DNA of 64,000 bases from an uncultured Gemmatimonadales bacterium (GTDB taxonomy: Bacteria; Gemmatimonadota; Gemmatimonadetes; Gemmatimonadales; GWC2-71-9). The notes beneath the pieces are model-generated. The model was given only the letters and a program-made list of their open reading frames with translations, searched no databases and was not told where the DNA came from. Both the position numbers and the translations under genes were made by a program. Every line of letters starts with the position of its first letter. The first letter of the stretch is position 1. The stretch is taken from positions 416,001 through 480,000 of the forward strand of contig CAWCVB010000006.1 in assembly GCA_963798915.1 (NCBI GenBank), read 5' to 3'. Below, piece by piece: positions 59,769 through 64,000 of this stretch.

Positions 59769-60422
59769 ATGCCTCGCGAGGGAGCCGCTATCGTGCGATT
59801 TCAACTCCTGCTTCTTGTTGGTGGACTGGCGACGGTCTCGGCGGCATCGCGCCGCGGTGCGGGGCTGCCGGGCGCTCCGGCACCTGATTCCGTGGTGTAC
59901 CGAATCGTTCCTGCCAGTCACTTTGATGTGGTGACCGGGAAGGGCGGACTTTTTGGCTTTGCCGGCCACCGACATCGGATTCGGGCCGGTGAGGTGAACG
60001 GGGAGGCTGTCTACTACGCCGACTCACTCGGCCTGTCCCACGTGGAGGTTTCTGTTCCCGTCACCTCCCTGGAAGTTCTGACTCCACGGGACACGGCCGA
60101 AGTGCGCAAGGTACGGCACACGATGCTCACCGACGTGCTCCACCCCGAGCAGCACCCACGGGTCAGCTTCTCCGGCCAACTCACCTCGCTTCATCGCGAC
60201 GAGGCAAGCGTATTGGCCACGCTGACGCTCGAGGGCGTCAGCCGGACCATTCCTGTCATGGCCACGGTCCACATTACTCCGTACTCGCTCCTGGCCACGT
60301 GCCGCTTCACAGTCAAGCAATCGGATTTCGGCATCACGCCGTTCAGCGGTGGACCGATGGGAACCGTCAAAGTTGCAGATGAAGTGACGTTCGAAATCGA
60401 GGCAATGGGGGTGAGAGAGTAG
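59769..60422 (+). CDS. YceI-family protein
   Basis: Signal peptide, GHRH, LTLEGVSR, QSDFGITP and VADEV. Start 59769 or 59793. Confidence 0.85.
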   Translation: MPREGAAIVRFQLLLLVGGLATVSAASRRGAGLPGAPAPDSVVYRIVPASHFDVVTGKGGLFGFAGHRHRIRAGEVNGEAVYYADSLGLSHVEVSVPVTSLEVLTPRDTAEVRKVRHTMLTDVLHPEQHPRVSFSGQLTSLHRDEASVLATLTLEGVSRTIPVMATVHITPYSLLATCRFTVKQSDFGITPFSGGPMGTVKVADEVTFEIEAMGVRE

Positions 60423-60483
60423 CCGACTGGGTGGCGCACAGCCAGCGGCATCCTGCCTTTCCCGCCTGGCCTGCCCGTCCTGT

Positions 60484-61026
60484 CTATTCCGGTTGCCGGA
60501 TCGGTCCTGCGATCCGTTCGCGGTCGAGAAACTCGCTTCGCAGTATGGCAATGCCATCGACTGCCACCCGAATCCCGCTGCCGGGTAGCGATGCTACACC
60601 GACGATCGTGATGGCCGGCGGAGGCGACTCGGTGAAGAGGGCGGCCGCGGTTTGCTGGACCGTGCGTGCGGCGGTGGAGTCCATATCTGCGACGTAAAAG
60701 GTGAGCTTCACCACGTCGCCGGGGAGACCGCGACCGGCACGGACGACCCGCAGCAGGTTGCCCACGCTTTGCCGGGTCTGCAGCTCCAGATCGTCCGGGC
60801 CGATGAGGCGGGTGGCGCTATCAAGCGGCACCTGACCGGAGACGTACAGCACCAGCCCGCGTTTGACCGCCGAGCTGAAGCCGGGGATGGCTGGCACTGA
60901 GTCGGCGCCGACGGCAACCGCACCAACCGGCTGGACGGGGCCGGGAAATTGGCGGCGGGCGTTGGACTGCGCGCAGGCAGTGACGGCAAGGAGCATGGCG
61001 AGCGCGGTGAATCGGTGGTGAGGCAT
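60484..61026 (-). CDS. Rid/YjgF-family protein with lipoprotein signal
   Basis: MPHHRFTALAMLLAVTAC, then FSSAV, LYVSGQVP, DVVKLTFY and VGVASL. Confidence 0.82.
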   Translation of the reverse strand: MPHHRFTALAMLLAVTACAQSNARRQFPGPVQPVGAVAVGADSVPAIPGFSSAVKRGLVLYVSGQVPLDSATRLIGPDDLELQTRQSVGNLLRVVRAGRGLPGDVVKLTFYVADMDSTAARTVQQTAAALFTESPPPAITIVGVASLPGSGIRVAVDGIAILRSEFLDRERIAGPIRQPE

Positions 61027-61074
61027 GAGTCGAGAGTCGGGGGTTGGGGTGGAGAGTCGGGAACCTGGAGTCGA
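61027..61074. repeat. Degenerate 7-bp GAGTCGR repeat directly upstream of the Rid start
   Basis: gagtcga gagtcgg gggttgg ... gagtcgg ... gagtcga. Confidence 0.65.
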
Positions 61075-61250
61075 AGGACGCAGCTGCGACAACAAGCGAA
61101 ATCGGAGAAGTATGACGCTCCGTACCGGCCTGGCGACACGTCTCAGGGCCGTGACCCCGGCCGGCACACCAGCCCGAAGCTGTCTCCTCAGGTCTGCTTT
61201 GGCAATGTGGCTCGCCGCACAGGCTGCCCTGGCCGCGTTGGCCGCCCTGG

Positions 61251-61288
61251 AAAAGACGACGCCCACCCCTCGCGAGGTGGGCGTTGCC
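61251..61288 (-). terminator. Intrinsic terminator downstream of nrdJ
   Basis: Minus strand reads caacgcccacc-loop-ggtgggcgtcg followed by TCTTTT. Confidence 0.7.
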
Positions 61289-61331
61289 AGTCTGCGGTGA
61301 GCGGGCGCCACGACGTCCCGCTACGGCATGT

Positions 61332-63834
61332 TCAGCCGCACTCCGAGAACCCGCAGACATGGCACTTGACGCATCCTTCGGCGTATTCCAGCTGCGAGCC
61401 GCAGTCGGGGCACGCGCCTGAGAGGGTCTGCTGCAATCCTCCCATGACCAGCTGCTCCGCGCCGTGTGCCACCATGACTTCCTGAGGCACAGCCGTCCCA
61501 CCGTTCGAGAGCAGCTCCTGCTGGATGCCCTGCTTTTCGTTCATCCACCGTTCGATCGCAATGCCGACCGCATCCGGGACGGACATGACCTTGTTGGGGC
61601 CAAGCCCGATGACACGATCGGAACTGATGCCCCGCAGCTGGCGGTGGATTTCCTTCATCGGGATTCCCGAACGCAGCGACAGCGAGATCAGGCGGCCGAT
61701 GGCCTCCACGTCCGCCATGAGGGCCCCACCCGCCTTGCCCAGCGACATGAAGACCTCGAACGGCTGGCCCTTGTCGTCTTCGGTGATCGTGACGTACAGG
61801 GTGCCGAGCGGCGTCTCGACGCGACGGGTGGTGCCACGGAGCATTTCCGGCCGCGAGCGCTTCTGCCGACGGTTCAGGTTCTCCGCCTCAAGATCGTGCA
61901 CCAGCCGCTTGAGGCGGTCATTTTCGGCCTGCACTTCCGCGAGCTCGCCGTGCACGTCCGCGGTCGCCCCGCGGGCCTCATGAGCGCTGGCGCGGCCGAG
62001 GTCCGCCCTGGCTTCGGCGCGGCCAGTGGAGGTTGCCTGTTCGTGAACCTTGCGCGCCGTGCTCCCGGTCGAGAGCACCTGCATGTCCCGGCTCCCGTCC
62101 CGGTACACCGTCACGCCCTTGCAGCCGAGGTGGAAGGCCAGCCGATAAATCTCCTCGACGTACTTCCTCGGTGGCATCGTGCGCAAAATTGCAGGTCTTG
62201 GAGATGGCCGAATCGTTGTATTCCTGGAAGGCCGCCTGCATGCGGATATGCCACTCGGGCTTGATGTGGTTGGCGGTCACGAAGACACGCTGCCACCTGG
62301 CCGGCACTTCATCGAAGCTGATATGTCCAGACTCGGCGATCTGCTGCATCAGCTCTTCGCTGTACCAGCCCTCCTGGCGGGCGATGGCCACGAAGTCCTC
62401 GTTCACATCGGGCATGAGGACGCCCGCCTGGTTACGCATGAACGCCACGGCGAAGAGCGGCTCGATGCCCGAGCTGCAGCCGGCGATGATGGAAATCGTG
62501 CCGGTAGGCGCGACTGTCGTCACGTTGCAGTTGCGGAGCTTCCGCATGGGGCGGATCCGGCGCCCCTGGGCGTCGCGAGCGCAGGATGCATCCGGACCCC
62601 AGATGCTCCGTTCCCACTCGGGGAACGGGCCACGGACGTCCGCCAGCCGCTCGGATTCGACCTTGGCCTCGTCATCCACGAACTTCTGGATCTTGCGGCC
62701 AAGGTCGACCGCCTCGTCGGAGTCGTACGCGATCCCGAGCCGGATGAAGACGTCCGCCAGGCCCATGACCCCCAGGCCGATGCGCCGGATTCGGTGGGCG
62801 AGCTCGGTGATCTCTGGCAGCGGGTATTGATTGGCGTCGATGACATTTTCCAGGAAGTGAGTCGTAAGGTGCACCACCTGGCGAAGCCGGGTCCAGTCGA
62901 TGGCGCCGCCGCTCACGAAGGCACCGAGATTGATGGAGCCGAGATTGCAGACATCGTACGGCAGCAGGGGCTGCTCGCCACACGGATTGGTAGCCTCGTA
63001 GGCTCCCAGCGCTGGCACCGGATTGAAGTGATTGGCGCGATCGATGAAGAAGATGCCCGGCTCACCAGTCCGCCAGGCCCCATGAATCACCTTGTTCCAG
63101 ACCTCCCGGGCGTCGAGCTGCCCGGTCACCTCGCCACTGCGAGGGTGAATCAGGTCGTAGGGCGTGTCGGCCTCGACGGCCGCCATGAACGCGTCCGTCA
63201 CGGCCACCGAGATGTTGAAATTGGTGATCTTGGTGATGTCATCCTTGCAGTTGATGAACTCCATGATGTCGGGATGGTCCACCCGGAGGATGCCCATGTT
63301 GGCGCCGCGACGGGTTCCGCCCTGCTTGACCACGTCGGTCGAGGCATCGAACAGGGACATGAAGGAGACCGGTCCCGAAGCGACTCCCATGGTCGAACGA
63401 ACGATGGCGTTCTTGGGTCGCAGCCGCGAAAAGCTGAAGCCGGTGCCCCCACCGGACTGGTGCACCAGGGCCATGGCACGGAGGGTATCGTAGATGCCAC
63501 TCCGGCCGTTGGACAGCGCGTCATCAACCGGGAGGACAAAACAGGCCGACAACTGGCCGAGCGGCCGACCGGCATTCATGAGCGTCGGTGAGTTGGGCAT
63601 GAACAGCCGGTTGGCCATCAATCCGTAGAAGGCATCCGCCAGGGCTTCCACCGCCCCGTCCGATGCGCCGTAGCGTCGATCCGGCTCGGCGATGGTGCGG
63701 GCGACTCGCGCGAACAGGTCTTCCGCCCGCTCCACCGGCTTGCCTGTCTCATCCTTGATGAGATAGCGCTTCTCCAGCACGGTGACAGCATTGGGCGACA
63801 GCGAAACCGGTTCCCGAGGAGTCTGGGAATGCAT
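61332..63834 (-). CDS. nrdJ: Class II (B12-dependent) ribonucleotide reductase with C-terminal TSCPD-like domain and zinc ribbon; one apparent +1 frameshift near 62165
   Basis: NSPTLMNAG, SACFV, GGGTG, TNPCGEQ, APTGTIS and ISKT, continuing in the next frame as YVEEIY...GCKGVTVYR and ending CPDC...CHVCGFSECG. Confidence 0.93.
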
Positions 63835-64000
63835 GCGGAGTCTCCACCTGCGGAAATTATGGAATGAATCAGTGCGCCGGTTGACGCACCGCGACGCTCA
63901 CGAACCGTTTGTCGATCGAAGGATTCCCTGCCCCGAAGTCGCTGCGGTTTGACCGTCCGGCCAGCACAGAGGAACCAAGGCGCAAGCTAGGACAAATGGG

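Noticed and set aside
61112..61300. Short + strand ORF MTLRTGLATRL...
   Set aside because: No motif, and it runs through the nrdJ terminator hairpin, so it is unsupported.
63835..64000. Cobalamin riboswitch or NrdR box upstream of nrdJ
   Set aside because: No recognisable consensus within the window; one could lie beyond the edge.

Overview
High-GC, gene-dense bacterial chromosomal window, most consistent with Gemmatimonadota. That assignment is an inference from gene content and order, not from a search. It is mainly core genome: an aldehyde dehydrogenase (truncated at the left edge), an NtrC/NtrX-type regulator, thpR, larE, arfB, sua5/tsaC, comM, a large membrane histidine kinase, a TolC-MacA-ATPase operon with four MacB-type permeases, bshB1, a cysteine desulfurase with mnmA, and an S9 peptidase. 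A long minus-strand block follows (pyk, MBL hydrolase, pgi, fba, YtxH, YihY, ffs, dnaX, ybaB, recR, mglB, mglA, pgsA, cinA, grpE, dnaJ), then ispG with exported redox proteins, a DHA2 pump, YceI, a Rid lipoprotein and nrdJ. I saw no tRNA, rRNA, CRISPR array, transposase or integrase. Five apparent single-base frameshifts (three in the kinase, one in nrdJ, one in a hypothetical gene) look like sequencing indels. The best leads are: (1) a candidate sigma54/IHF-driven operon coupling a membrane-anchored HEXXH zincin to an FtsH paralogue with an altered pore loop; (2) an SRP RNA whose GNRA tetraloop is replaced by UCGCC; (3) a family of 7-8-bp tandem repeats with degenerate mirror arms, lying at gene ends and inside dnaX; (4) an AB-A'B' duplicated permease array; (5) a deacetylase-GT2 fusion with degenerate catalytic motifs; and (6) a low-GC spacer with inverted DnaA boxes. 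All product calls come from motif recognition by eye.
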